A DNA stretch of 64,000 nt from Parachitinimonas caeni (GTDB lineage Bacteria; Pseudomonadota; Gammaproteobacteria; Burkholderiales; Chitinimonadaceae). Location: assembly GCF_030129945.1 (NCBI RefSeq), contig NZ_JARRAF010000017.1, positions 1 to 64,000 on the forward strand, written 5' to 3'. The position numbers and the translations under genes are program-made. Under the pieces are notes generated by a model that saw nothing but the letters and a program-made list of their open reading frames with translations, was not told the origin of the DNA and searched no databases. Each line of letters starts with the position of its first letter. Position 1 is the stretch's first letter. This document shows, piece by piece, positions 30,436-40,756 of this stretch.

Positions 30436-30807
30436 GGGAATCGAACCCGGCAAAGAACCAATAGCCGTCCGTCAATCTTCCAACGGAGCGGTATGCACGA
30501 CTGCAACAGGAAATCCTGGCAGCGGGCACCCGTGCGGTCGATAAGCCGCGACGCAAGGCGCCGTTTTGGGATTGGTGGCAGGTATTTAGCGAATGGCGTG
30601 CCAGATGGTGGGGCTTTCGGTCATCTTGTTGATAATAAATAGCAATTGACCAAAGTTGCGGTTGTAGAAGGTGGACGGGTTCGAGAAGGTTGTCGAAAAA
30701 AATATCGACTTTTATCTTATGGGATAGCTAAAGGCGTGGTAGGTTCAGCAGGCTGCCAGCCGGCCAAAATCGACCAGAGGAGGCAGCTTGCCGTACCAGC
30801 CGGAAGT

Positions 30808-32034
30808 TCAGGTTGGGTTGGGGGGAGGGGGTTCGGCGGGCTTGACCTTGGTTACCCAGATGATCCCGAAGACCACGAGGACAAAAGCCAGCCAGCCAAC
30901 GTGGTTGTAGCCTTCAATCCGCCCCTGTGGGCCCGTGCTCAGAAACAGGCCGCCAAGCCAGGCGCCAACGCCGGATCCCAGCGACTGCAAGGCGCTGTTG
31001 ACACTGAGAAAAGCGCCACGCTTGCTGGGTTCTGGCACTGTGGTGAACAGGGCCTGTAGTGGAATCATCCGGCCGGACATGCAAATCATGAACAACGGGA
31101 AAAACGCCACCATCCAGATAAATGCGATATCCGGCAGATTGGTCAGGAACAGCAGCGGCAGGGTGGAAAGCCCGGCCATGAACCGGAAGACATCACGCTT
31201 GCCGAAGCGGTCGGACAGGCGACCAATCAGGCGTGACGTAAACAAGGTTGCTGCGCCACCAGCCATATAAATCCAGGAGATCTGCTGTGGCGCGACGCCG
31301 TGGTTTGCGACCAGCACTGGCGAGATGAAGGGAATGACCAGCATATGTGACACCAGAATCACAAAGGTCAGGGCAAAGGCGATCAAGTGGCGCGGCAGTG
31401 TGATCAACGCCCATAAATTGGGCAATGCCTGGGAAAGCGGCGGCGGGGTCTGGCTCAAGTGTGCGGTCAGCGATGGCACCAATCGCATGCCGGCCCCCCA
31501 GATCAGCATCGACACCAGAACCAGCACGTAGAACGGCGTGGACCAGCCCAGATGCGCACCCAGTACGATGCCAAAAGGTACACCTGCGATGGCTGCCATT
31601 GAAAATGCGGTCATGACGGTGCCGGTGGCTGCGCCGCGCCGTTCCTGCGGAATCACGTCGGCCACGATGGCCATCACGATCGACCCCATGACACCACCGG
31701 TTAGCCCGGCAAAGGCCCGGGCCATCAACAACAGAGGGTAATTCGGGGCGGCAGCGCAGATCAGGTTGGAGACGGCAAACAGTAGATAGACCGTCAGTAG
31801 CAATTTGCGACGGTCAAAGCGGTCGATGTAGGTAGCTGCAAACAGACCAGATAAGCCAGCACAGATCGAATAAGCCGAAACTGCTACCGCAAAGGCGGCC
31901 GGTGTGATGGTGAATGCCTGCATGATCTGCGGGCCTAGCGGCATCATCACCATAAAGTCGGTAATGACGGTAAATTGGGTCAGAGCCAGCAGCCACAGCA
32001 ATTGGCGTTCGCGAGAAGGGGGCAGGGAAGTCAT
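30808..32034 (-). CDS. MFS transporter
   Basis: 12-TM major facilitator with a GRLSDRFGKR-type motif. The start is chosen at MTSLPP and overlaps the upstream GNAT stop. Confidence 0.8.
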   Translation of the reverse strand: MTSLPPSRERQLLWLLALTQFTVITDFMVMMPLGPQIMQAFTITPAAFAVAVSAYSICAGLSGLFAATYIDRFDRRKLLLTVYLLFAVSNLICAAAPNYPLLLMARAFAGLTGGVMGSIVMAIVADVIPQERRGAATGTVMTAFSMAAIAGVPFGIVLGAHLGWSTPFYVLVLVSMLIWGAGMRLVPSLTAHLSQTPPPLSQALPNLWALITLPRHLIAFALTFVILVSHMLVIPFISPVLVANHGVAPQQISWIYMAGGAATLFTSRLIGRLSDRFGKRDVFRFMAGLSTLPLLFLTNLPDIAFIWMVAFFPLFMICMSGRMIPLQALFTTVPEPSKRGAFLSVNSALQSLGSGVGAWLGGLFLSTGPQGRIEGYNHVGWLAFVLVVFGIIWVTKVKPAEPPPPNPT

Positions 32035-32579
32035 GCTCCGGAACCTGTCAGCCATTCGTGTTGGAGTAAGGCAAACCACAGGTCATCGACCCATTGGTTT
32101 CTGATCCAGCTCGCTTGCACAAACCGGCCTTCTTCTCGCAGGCCGAGTGCGCGCAATAGCCTGATCGAGCCTGCATTGGCCGGGTCACAGGCGGCACTGA
32201 GGCGATGGATGCCAAGCTGACCGAACAGGTGGGTGAACAATGCCCGTAACGCTTCGTTGGCGTAGCCTTGACCCTGCGCCGGCTGGCTGAGTGTGATGCC
32301 GATTTCCGCTTGTCGCCCTTCGTCGGTCAGGCAAAAAGCACAGTCGCCGATGAGCTGCCCGGTGTCCTTCAGGCAGATGCCGACTTGTCGCCAGCGACCT
32401 GGTACAGGCGGCAGGTTGGCATCTGCGTCCTGTATCAGCTGCTGCGCGGCCTCCGTGCTATAGGGCTGGGGCCAACTTTGCCATTGCGCCACGGCCGGAT
32501 CGTTGCGATAGGCAACAAAGGTATCAAGATCGGCATCTTGCAATGCGCGCAAAACGAGGCGGGAAGTAATAATCTGCAT
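32031..32579 (-). CDS. GNAT family N-acetyltransferase
   Basis: RimL-like N-terminus (SRLVLRALQDADLD) and acetyl-CoA motif QGQGYANEALRAL. Confidence 0.8.
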   Translation of the reverse strand: MQIITSRLVLRALQDADLDTFVAYRNDPAVAQWQSWPQPYSTEAAQQLIQDADANLPPVPGRWRQVGICLKDTGQLIGDCAFCLTDEGRQAEIGITLSQPAQGQGYANEALRALFTHLFGQLGIHRLSAACDPANAGSIRLLRALGLREEGRFVQASWIRNQWVDDLWFALLQHEWLTGSGA

Positions 32580-32861
32580 TTATGCGTTTGATTTTACGGA
32601 TTAAATTAAAAATCTTCCAGGTAGGTTGGCTTGATTTATTTATATCTGGCGTTTTAAAAATGCGGTAATTGATGCGTTGAATGGTTAGGCTGAATGGCCG
32701 AGGGTATGGCTTTTCCAGTGTGGCGATTCAGCTACGATTCTGCGGGCGAAGCCCAATGGGCGTCAAATGACGTATGGGTAAATTATTTCCCTTGTTGAGG
32801 GAACGACGGGCATGCAGAATCAGCCTATCTATTTACGAATTTATTTTCAGGAGACGACAGA

Positions 32862-33263
32862 ATGCGTGGCGCAGGGGGAACGCAAGGGGGAATTGGCGAA
32901 TTCGTGCTGGGCTTGATCATGATGTGCGGCGGATTTTATTTGCTGCTGAATGCGATTTCGGTGAATTCAAGTTTTGGCATCGGTTATTCGATATTCGGCT
33001 TCTCGATGTTCGGCGGTCATGTTTCGATAACCACTGGCATGGTGATGATTCCGTTCATGATTGGTATTGGTATTATTTTCTATAATAGTAAAAATTGGCT
33101 CGGCTGGTTGTTGGCGGGCGGGTCTTTGACTGCGCTGATTTTTGGGGTGATCGCTTCGATCCACTTCAATTTGCGCTCCATGAGCCTGTTTGAACTGATC
33201 GTGATTCTGGTGCTGAGTATGGGTGGGTTGGGCTTATTTCTGCGCTCACTCAAAACGCATTGA
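32862..33263 (+). CDS. small hydrophobic membrane protein, hypothetical
   Basis: 133-aa protein with 4 TM helices, in an AT-rich stretch. Confidence 0.45.
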   Translation: MRGAGGTQGGIGEFVLGLIMMCGGFYLLLNAISVNSSFGIGYSIFGFSMFGGHVSITTGMVMIPFMIGIGIIFYNSKNWLGWLLAGGSLTALIFGVIASIHFNLRSMSLFELIVILVLSMGGLGLFLRSLKTH

Positions 33264-33802
33264 AAGGATGTCGGCAGCCAGTGTTGAAGGCTGGCTCATT
33301 CGTTTAATTGATCAACCATCCGTTTTTCCATTGCACCAATATCCAGGTATCCGGTTCTGTTGACATTTGAAGTAACCGCTTAATTTTTAAGGGTATCAAG
33401 AAATTTAAAACTCAGATTTCCAATTTAAAATCAATCGCTTGTGTGAGAGGTTCAACAGGGCCTGGCAAGTAAGGGGCTGATGTGGCGGCGCAATCGGCCT
33501 CCTCTCGCTTGCTCCAGTTCGAGGGTGGCTCGGTTAGAATAGCGTCTTTGTCAGCAAAAAATAGAATTTCGAAAGAGCGGCCGCAGGCCGTTTTTCTATT
33601 TTAAATCAGTCATGTGCTGACCAGATGTAGCCCCAATGATGAAGTTCGGCGGCGGCTTGGTCTGATATCCAGCCTATTGTTATTAGGCTCGGTTGACACG
33701 TCTTTTACGGTCGCGTCGGGCGGCAATACTTGACTCGGCGTGACTGGAAACAAAACCTCAACGGTGCCTAACGCACCATTTACCCAAACAGAAATCCGTA
33801 AT

Positions 33803-36379
33803 ATGACGAAAAGTGGCGAATCGAATCACACGCCCATGATGCAGCAATATCTGCGCATCAAAAGTGAGCACCCCGATAAACTTGTGTTTTATCGAATGGG
33901 CGATTTTTACGAATTATTTTTCGATGATGCAGTAAAAGCAGCGCGTCTGCTCGATATCACCCTGACCGCACGAGGTCAGTCTGGCGGTCAGCCCATCAAG
34001 ATGGCTGGCGTGCCTTTTCATTCGGCTGAACAGTATCTGGCGCGGCTGGTAAAGCTGGGTGAGTCAGTCGCAATCTGCGAGCAGATTGGTGATCCGGCCA
34101 CCAGCAAGGGGCCGGTTGAGCGCAAAGTGGTTCGCGTCATTACTCCCGGCACCCTGACGGATTCCGCGCTGCTGGATGACAAACGCGAGAATCGGTTGCT
34201 CGCGATCGTTGCGCATCGAGGCAGGCTGGGTTTGGCTTGGTTGACGCTGGCATCGGGCGAGTTCCGTGTGATGGAAACCGCAGCCGACAAGCTGCCGAGC
34301 GAGCTGGAACGTTTGCGCCCGGCGGAAGTGTTGGTGCCGGAGGATCTGCCCTTGGCGTTGCCGCAGCAGATGGGATGTGTGGTGAAGCGATTGCCTTCCT
34401 GGCAGTTCGATACTGATGCAGCAATGCGCAATCTGGTGCGCCACTTTGGCACTCAGGATCTCTCGGGCTTCGGTGTGGAGCCTGACCAGCCGAACTGGCT
34501 GGCAGTGGGGCCGGCCGGTGCGTTGCTTGAGTATGGTCGCGCCACCCAGGGCGGCGCGTTGCCGCATGTTACCGCGCTGACGGTCGAGACAACGGGGGCT
34601 TACGTCGAGCTGGACGCGGCGACCCGGCGGAATCTGGAGCTGACGGAAACCATTCGTGGCGAGGCAGCGCCAACGCTGCTGTCTTTGCTTGATACCTGCG
34701 CCACCAGCATGGGTAGTCGTCTGCTGGCCCACTGGCTGCATCATCCCCTGCGCCGCCAGTCGAAGATCGTACGCCGCCGTGATGCGACACGGGCCTTGCA
34801 GGAGGACCGTCAGTTCGAGCCGGTACGGCAGGTGCTTGGCGCCGTCCTGGATATTGAGCGCATCGTGTCACGCGTGGCTTTGCGCAGTGCCCGCCCGCGT
34901 GACTTGTCCAGTCTGCGGGATAGCCTGCGTGCCTTGCCTGAGTTGATTCCGCTGTTGCCGGGTAACGAATTGTTGCAGGAACTGGCGCGTCAATTGCCAC
35001 CGCCTGCCGGGGTGCTGGAGCTGCTGCAGGCCGCGATGGCCGATGAGCCCTCGGTTGTGGTGCGGGAAGGCGGGGTGATTCGCGATGGCTACGACGCTGA
35101 ACTCGATGAACTGAGGGCGATCCAGACCAACTGTGGTGAATTCCTGCTGGCTTTGGAGAGTCGCGAGCGTGAGCGCACCGGCATTCACAACCTCAAGGTT
35201 GAATACAACCGGGTGCATGGTTTTTATATTGAAGTCAGCAACGGACAGGCTGACAAAGTGCCCGACGACTACCGCCGACGCCAGACCCTGAAGAACGCCG
35301 AACGCTATATCACGCCAGAGCTGAAAACCTTTGAAGACAAGGCGCTGTCCGCTCAGGAGCGGGCGTTGGCAATGGAAAAACGCCTGTACGAGGCCTTGCT
35401 GGAACAACTGCAGCCCCATGTACCGGCCCTGCAGCTGACGGCAGCGGCAGTGGCCGGGCTGGATGTGCTCTCGACCTTTGCTGAACGCGCCTCCGAGCTG
35501 GATTGGGTTGCGCCGGAGTTTGTTACCGAGCCGACATTGAATATTGTGGCTGGCCGTCACCCGGTTGTGGAGGCGCAGCTTCGTCAGGCACAGGCTGGTG
35601 AGTTCGTCGCGAACGATCTCAACTTTCACGCAGGGCGCAAGCTTCTGCTGATTACCGGCCCGAATATGGGTGGTAAGTCTACTTATATGCGGCAGGTGGC
35701 GTTGATTGTGCTGCTGGCGCACTGCGGCGCCTTCGTGCCTGCCAGAGCGGCCACCATCGGGCCGATAGACCGCATCTTTACCCGCATCGGGGCCTCGGAT
35801 GATCTCGCCGGGGGGCGCTCCACCTTCATGGTGGAGATGACCGAGACCGCCAATATTCTCAACAACTCGGCCGAAGCTTCGTTGGTCTTGATGGATGAGG
35901 TCGGGCGTGGCACCTCTACCTTCGATGGGCTGGCCCTTGCCTGGGCGATCGCCAGGCAGTTGATCGAGAAAAACCGCAGCTACACGCTATTTGCCACCCA
36001 TTATTTCGAGTTGACACGACTGGCCCTCGACTACCCACAGGTTGCCAACGTCCATCTTGATGCGGTCGAACATAAGGACAAGATTGTGTTCCTGCATAGC
36101 GTGGAAGAGGGGCCAGCCAGCCAGAGCTATGGCTTGCAGGTGGCCCAGCTGGCGGGGGTGCCAAGAGAGGTGATCCGGGCGGCACGCAAGCATCTGGCCG
36201 AGCTGGAACAGCAGAGTGTCACTGCATCTGGTCAAGGCGATCTGTTTGCCAGTGCCCCTGTTGTCATCGAGCCGGAACCCAACCCGGCCTTGGAACGTTT
36301 GCTGGCGACCGATGTCGATGAACTCAGTCCGCGTGCAGCGCTTGAGTTGCTGTACGAACTCAGGCGCCTGGCGAGCTAG
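33803..36379 (+). CDS. mutS: DNA mismatch repair protein MutS
   Basis: N-terminal [12 protein letters not shown], Walker [10 protein letters not shown] and a C-terminus conserved with E. coli MutS. The stop TAG lies inside the CTAGG of a repeat TIR. Confidence 0.9.
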   Translation: MTKSGESNHTPMMQQYLRIKSEHPDKLVFYRMGDFYELFFDDAVKAARLLDITLTARGQSGGQPIKMAGVPFHSAEQYLARLVKLGESVAICEQIGDPATSKGPVERKVVRVITPGTLTDSALLDDKRENRLLAIVAHRGRLGLAWLTLASGEFRVMETAADKLPSELERLRPAEVLVPEDLPLALPQQMGCVVKRLPSWQFDTDAAMRNLVRHFGTQDLSGFGVEPDQPNWLAVGPAGALLEYGRATQGGALPHVTALTVETTGAYVELDAATRRNLELTETIRGEAAPTLLSLLDTCATSMGSRLLAHWLHHPLRRQSKIVRRRDATRALQEDRQFEPVRQVLGAVLDIERIVSRVALRSARPRDLSSLRDSLRALPELIPLLPGNELLQELARQLPPPAGVLELLQAAMADEPSVVVREGGVIRDGYDAELDELRAIQTNCGEFLLALESRERERTGIHNLKVEYNRVHGFYIEVSNGQADKVPDDYRRRQTLKNAERYITPELKTFEDKALSAQERALAMEKRLYEALLEQLQPHVPALQLTAAAVAGLDVLSTFAERASELDWVAPEFVTEPTLNIVAGRHPVVEAQLRQAQAGEFVANDLNFHAGRKLLLITGPNMGGKSTYMRQVALIVLLAHCGAFVPARAATIGPIDRIFTRIGASDDLAGGRSTFMVEMTETANILNNSAEASLVLMDEVGRGTSTFDGLALAWAIARQLIEKNRSYTLFATHYFELTRLALDYPQVANVHLDAVEHKDKIVFLHSVEEGPASQSYGLQVAQLAGVPREVIRAARKHLAELEQQSVTASGQGDLFASAPVVIEPEPNPALERLLATDVDELSPRAALELLYELRRLAS

Positions 36380-36403
36380 GTGCTGTTGACGTTTTGCTTC
36401 CGG
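36376..36403. repeat. solo left TIR of the MITE-like family
   Basis: CTAGGTGCTGTTGACGTTTTGCTTCCGG with no matching right end. It overlaps the mutS stop codon. Confidence 0.6.
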
Positions 36404-36785
36404 CCACTTCTGGCCGAGGATGCCGCGTCAGCGGTTGCTGGGGAGTACGGTTGGATTGTCTGGTGATTGGCTGTCATGAACAGATGATTGTCAGACTTGA
36501 AGATCGTACTTGGTAGACGCGCAAAAATTCGCTATAAACGGATGATCAGGATATTTATCAGTAATTCCTGATCCAGACATGCAGGACGACGAGGCTTTGG
36601 CTGGTACAAATTCAAATTTTTGAAATTGTCCAGGCAGGCAGAAACGAAGCTGAAAGTGAAACTTAAAAAAGCGAACAACAAACCGTGTTGTTTGCATTGC
36701 CGAAGCTTCAGCTTCTTCGGCGTTCAGTGAGTAAAGCCGGACGGGCGGGGGCCGGGCCGGCATTAGCCCAAGGAGTTTATGAACG

Positions 36786-37202
36786 GTGGATGCAGAAGTG
36801 AAACAACTTGACGCGGGCATTGCCCGCATCTTTGGCGCAGATCCGGCGGAGCCGGGTCTGAATCTGGACAATATCCGTACCAAGGCATCGACCAATCTGG
36901 CCGCCTATGCCCGGCATCTTTCCGAGCTGTTTGCCCGGCAACAGGTGCCAGTGCCGCCGCCAGTCAACCTGCAGTGGTGGCATGAAGGCAGCCGTATCAT
37001 GGTGGTGGGCAACCACCCAGACCGTGAGCGGATCGAGATCCTGCTCAATGGCGATGGTGAGCTGGTCGAAGAATTCAAGGAGCTCGAATTGCTGCACGAA
37101 ATCGTGCGCAATGCCGAGCTGGCCGGGGAGGCAACAACCGAGAACCAGCACTTCAATATCGGATTGACCTCGACAGGGGCATTGGCATTCTTTACAGCCT
37201 GA
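36786..37202 (+). CDS. hypothetical protein
   Basis: 138-aa ORF with a GTG start 10 nt after AAGGAG. Confidence 0.45.
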   Translation: MDAEVKQLDAGIARIFGADPAEPGLNLDNIRTKASTNLAAYARHLSELFARQQVPVPPPVNLQWWHEGSRIMVVGNHPDRERIEILLNGDGELVEEFKELELLHEIVRNAELAGEATTENQHFNIGLTSTGALAFFTA

Positions 37203-37358
37203 TCCGGCAGAGGTAATCGAATAAAGCGGCCGGGGAAACCTGGCCGCTTTTTATTTTTTGGCCGCTGCAAGGCGTTGTGGACACCTTTTTACGGCGACCG
37301 GAAAAATGTGTCCGCAGCACCTAAGCTGGCAGAATCCGAACAGACAAAGGAATAGCGT

Positions 37359-38141
37359 ATGAGCTGGCAACGTGCATTGTTGCTGGGCAGCGTGAGCAGC
37401 CTGCTCTCGACTGCCATCTGGGCGCGCACCCCTCTGACCATATGCTACGAAGACGTGACATTGCGCCCGTGGAGCATGCCTGAAGGCAAAGGGCTGAGTC
37501 TGGACTTGTTGCGTAGCGTTGAAGCGAAGCTGGGGGAGTCGTTCGTACTGGTCAGCAAGCCCTGGAAGCGCTGTCAGGCGGAACTGAAGGTTGGTAATGT
37601 CGATGCAGCCTTGGGTATGGCGCACACCGCAGAGCGGCGCAATTTTGCCGTATTTCCAATGCTCGCAAATGGGGGGGTGGATCGCACGGCAGCTCTGTTT
37701 GAGGACGACTTCCATGTTTTCGCCCTGTCTACCAGCGCACTCGAATGGAACGGGTCTACTTTCCACAACCTGAACGGGCCTGTTGCCGTACAGGCTGGCT
37801 ATGTGGTCGAGGGCCGTTTACGTGCGATGGGGATCACGGTAATCAGCGAGGATAAATCAGTACAGGATGGATTACGCATGGTTGAGAACGGCACGATGGC
37901 GGCTGCCATCCTGCAAGGGCACGAGAGCGTGCTACTGGCTACTGGCAACGAGCGCTTCAAGCGTACAGTAAGGCGCTTGCCGCAGCCGTTTTCTCACGAA
38001 GCCTTCTATCTGCCCTTCAGCCGGCAGCGATATGCCAATGAGGCCAAACGCATCCGCCGGATCTGGGCCACCATTGCCGAGTTACGCAAGTCTGCCGCTT
38101 ATCAGCAAAAAGAGGCCGATGCGCTAAAGGCAGCTCGTTGA
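37359..38141 (+). CDS. periplasmic solute-binding protein (family 3-like)
   Basis: Signal peptide and a bilobal SBP-like sequence. No cognate permease genes are adjacent. Confidence 0.6.
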   Translation: MSWQRALLLGSVSSLLSTAIWARTPLTICYEDVTLRPWSMPEGKGLSLDLLRSVEAKLGESFVLVSKPWKRCQAELKVGNVDAALGMAHTAERRNFAVFPMLANGGVDRTAALFEDDFHVFALSTSALEWNGSTFHNLNGPVAVQAGYVVEGRLRAMGITVISEDKSVQDGLRMVENGTMAAAILQGHESVLLATGNERFKRTVRRLPQPFSHEAFYLPFSRQRYANEAKRIRRIWATIAELRKSAAYQQKEADALKAAR

Positions 38142-38190
38142 TTCGCCAAGCGGGAGCGCGGTTGGTTGTTCTCAACCCCGCTCCAGGCGG

Positions 38191-38428
38191 CTAGGCTCTG
38201 TTGACGTTTTGTTCCCCGGCATCCCCCTTGCGGGGGCGGAGGGTTTCGCCGGATTTGGGCCTGCTGCCGTGTTGACTGCCAGGCTGTTGGCTTGCGATGC
38301 AAGCCTTACAGCCTGTGCGCCCAGACGGGAAATCGCGTGGCTTATCACTAAGCGGCGCGCTTTTTGCCTTGCATCAGGCCCAAATCCGACGAAACGCGAT
38401 CCGGAAATAAAACGTCAACAGAGCCTAG
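38191..38428. repeat. MITE-like repeat, complete long form (238 bp)
   Basis: Left TIR CTAGGCTCTGTTGACGTTTTGTT and right TIR AAAACGTCAACAGAGCCTAG. Internal inverted GGATTTGGGCC/GGCCCAAATCC. The right-end CTAG supplies the stop codon of the hydrolase gene at 38425. Confidence 0.8.
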
Positions 38429-39051
38429 GCGCGCCATTGATGGGTGACGATTTCAGCCAGTTGCGTCAAGCGGCCGTGAAAGAAATGACTTACGCCAGGA
38501 ACGACGATGAGGGGAAGGTGCTGTGGGCGGGCCCAGTCGAGCACGGCGGATAATGGAATGACTTCGTCCTGCTCGCCATGTATGACGAGGGTGTCGGCGG
38601 GGACGTGCGGAATGGCGTACTTGCCGCAAGCTGGGCCAGCCATTATCAGGCGTTCGATGGCGCTTTCCCCCAAGCGCTGGGCAAGCCGGGCCTGCACGTA
38701 GGTGCCGAATGAAAATCCTGCCAATACGATCGGCAGGGTACCGTGCTCGGCCTGCACGTAGGCGTACACGGCGGCCATGTCGTCCACTTCGCCCTGGCCG
38801 TGGTCATGTTCGCCCGCACTTTTGCCAACGCCGCGCAGGTTGGGGCAGTAGGCGATGTAGCCCAGGCGCGAGAGGGTCTTGGCCAGGGTATGAACGACTT
38901 TGTTGGTATTGGTGCCGCCCTGGGTCGGATTGGGATGGGCCACGAGGGCGATGCCGCGCGGGGCGCCATCGGTGCTATGCGGCAGCCGCAAGGTGTCCAG
39001 CTGGCCAACCGGCCCATTGATCATCAATGGCTCGAATTGGGGAGCTTTCAC
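38425..39051 (-). CDS. alpha/beta hydrolase (COG2945-like esterase)
   Basis: Nucleophile elbow GFSFG and a C-terminal HF motif. Confidence 0.7.
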   Translation of the reverse strand: MKAPQFEPLMINGPVGQLDTLRLPHSTDGAPRGIALVAHPNPTQGGTNTNKVVHTLAKTLSRLGYIAYCPNLRGVGKSAGEHDHGQGEVDDMAAVYAYVQAEHGTLPIVLAGFSFGTYVQARLAQRLGESAIERLIMAGPACGKYAIPHVPADTLVIHGEQDEVIPLSAVLDWARPQHLPLIVVPGVSHFFHGRLTQLAEIVTHQWRA

Positions 39052-39359
39052 AGCTTGAGCCTTTCTACGACGCGGTTGTGGACGAAGTGCTCTTCGATGA
39101 TTTCATCGATGTCTTCGTTGTCCACATAGCGGTACCAGGTTGCCTCGGGGTAGATGACCAGCACGGGGCCTTCCGCGCAGCGATCCAGGCAGCCAGCCTT
39201 GTTCACGCGGATCTTGCCGGCGCCAGCTAGCCCCAGTTGTTTGACTTTGTCTTTGGCGTGGCGAAAGGCTTCGCTGGCACCGCAATTGTTGCAGCACTGT
39301 TCGCCTTCCTGGCGCTGGTTCATGCAGAAGAATACGTGTTTTTCAAAGTAGCTCATGGC
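39048..39359 (-). CDS. thioredoxin-like [2Fe-2S] ferredoxin
   Basis: Cys spacing VFFCMNQR...CCNNCGA...CLDRC. The start is taken at MSYFEK. Confidence 0.55.
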   Translation of the reverse strand, partial: AMSYFEKHVFFCMNQRQEGEQCCNNCGASEAFRHAKDKVKQLGLAGAGKIRVNKAGCLDRCAEGPVLVIYPEATWYRYVDNEDIDEIIEEHFVHNRVVERLKL

Positions 39360-40537
39360 TGTCCCTGGCGGTTGGCGGTGGTGTCGTGGGCGGTGGGGAA
39401 GTAAGGCAGATCGTCTTTGAAGGCAGGCTGTACTTCGGTCAGTACACGGATGTCGTCGATCTGGCATTCGCGCAGCAGGGCGCTGGCGTTCTGCTGGATC
39501 AGCTCAACTGAGTCCAGAGGGTCCAGTGGCCAGACGAATCCTTCCCAAAGTTCTGAATTGCCTGCGGCGCTGAGGGTGAAACGCAATTCATTCTGTGGGT
39601 GGGCACTCATTACTGCCACAGGGGTTTCTGCGCTCTGGCGGATTTTGCGGATGATGTTGCTGGCAAAAAACTGGAAGTGCAGTTCGTGACGGGCAAAGTG
39701 GCCAACGTGGCGGGCTGCAAGCCAGCTATTGGGTTGGCGCGGAATGGCAAATAGGGTGACTCCATCCTTTTTCAGGGCATCGCCCAGCAACTTGGTCAGC
39801 GGCATGCCCCATGCGCCGACTGGCCCCCCGAAGTGGACCGGATTCGGGCAGGTATCGATGACTTCGGCAAACCCGACGATGTAGCGCAGGAATACCCCAT
39901 CACCGCCAACTTCGATCGGTGCGGCTGGCTGGTGGACGAAGGCGGCACCTGGGTCGTTGATCAACTCCCGGGTCCAGCGGCGCAGGGCTTGTGGGCCGAC
40001 TTCGTCGAATACCTTGCCGGCAATCAGTTTGGGTGACAGATAAATCCTGGCATCTCGATTGAATACGCCGTGGCTGGTGAGCAGGTCTTTGATGGCTTCG
40101 ATATTGCCAAGGGTGCCAAGCAGGCTGGCCTTGCCTTTGACGCCGGCAACCAGAATGACCGGGATCGCGAATGGTAGTGCCCATCGGTTGCCAGAGCCGC
40201 GTACGCCGGTTTCGATGGACTGATTGATCAGTTCATATACTTGCTGGCTGGGGGCGTTGGCCAGCGCGGTTTCCAGCAAGGCTGCGTCATCTTCAATGCC
40301 ACGATTGATTTCAGTAAGCAAAGCCAGGCGGCGCTCTGGCTGGCGGGCCGCATCGGCCTCGGTCAGCAAGGCCATGGCAGTACGGATGATGGGGTGCTTG
40401 GGGTCTACTCTCGGGTAGAGCCGTGGATCGGGCAGGTGCATGGCGTACAGATCGTCCAGGTGCGACAAAGTACTGATTATATCAGCCTGCCCCCGGCCTG
40501 ATCCGTTTGCTCCGAAGTGTGCACTATCTTGGTGCAA
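39353..40537 (-). CDS. hypothetical protein
   Basis: 394-aa ORF, 4-bp overlap with ferredoxin gene. Confidence 0.5.
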   Translation of the reverse strand: MHQDSAHFGANGSGRGQADIISTLSHLDDLYAMHLPDPRLYPRVDPKHPIIRTAMALLTEADAARQPERRLALLTEINRGIEDDAALLETALANAPSQQVYELINQSIETGVRGSGNRWALPFAIPVILVAGVKGKASLLGTLGNIEAIKDLLTSHGVFNRDARIYLSPKLIAGKVFDEVGPQALRRWTRELINDPGAAFVHQPAAPIEVGGDGVFLRYIVGFAEVIDTCPNPVHFGGPVGAWGMPLTKLLGDALKKDGVTLFAIPRQPNSWLAARHVGHFARHELHFQFFASNIIRKIRQSAETPVAVMSAHPQNELRFTLSAAGNSELWEGFVWPLDPLDSVELIQQNASALLRECQIDDIRVLTEVQPAFKDDLPYFPTAHDTTANRQGQP

Positions 40538-40756
40538 AAAGTCGCTGACCTCACCGTGGCGCGCCTGTTTCGCACCATTTTATTGCGCACCGCACCAATT
40601 TGGGTTGACAGCGGAAGGTAAATAAACCGATAATGCGCCCCGTTGAGATGCATTGATTGCTTCTTGATAGTTTCTCCTCTATTTCTCCTTTGTAGAATTC
40701 AGCCCGGATTGTCAAATCCGGGCTTTTTTTTTGAATTTTTCATAAGGAGAAATCCG

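Noticed and set aside
30440-30807. tmRNA (ssrA) hypothesis for the tRNA-like 3-prime end
   Set aside because: I could not find the 5-prime GGGG...GAUUCGACGGG acceptor partner nor a tag-peptide reading frame (ANDENYALAA-like). The T-arm/acceptor geometry is also off by one nucleotide.
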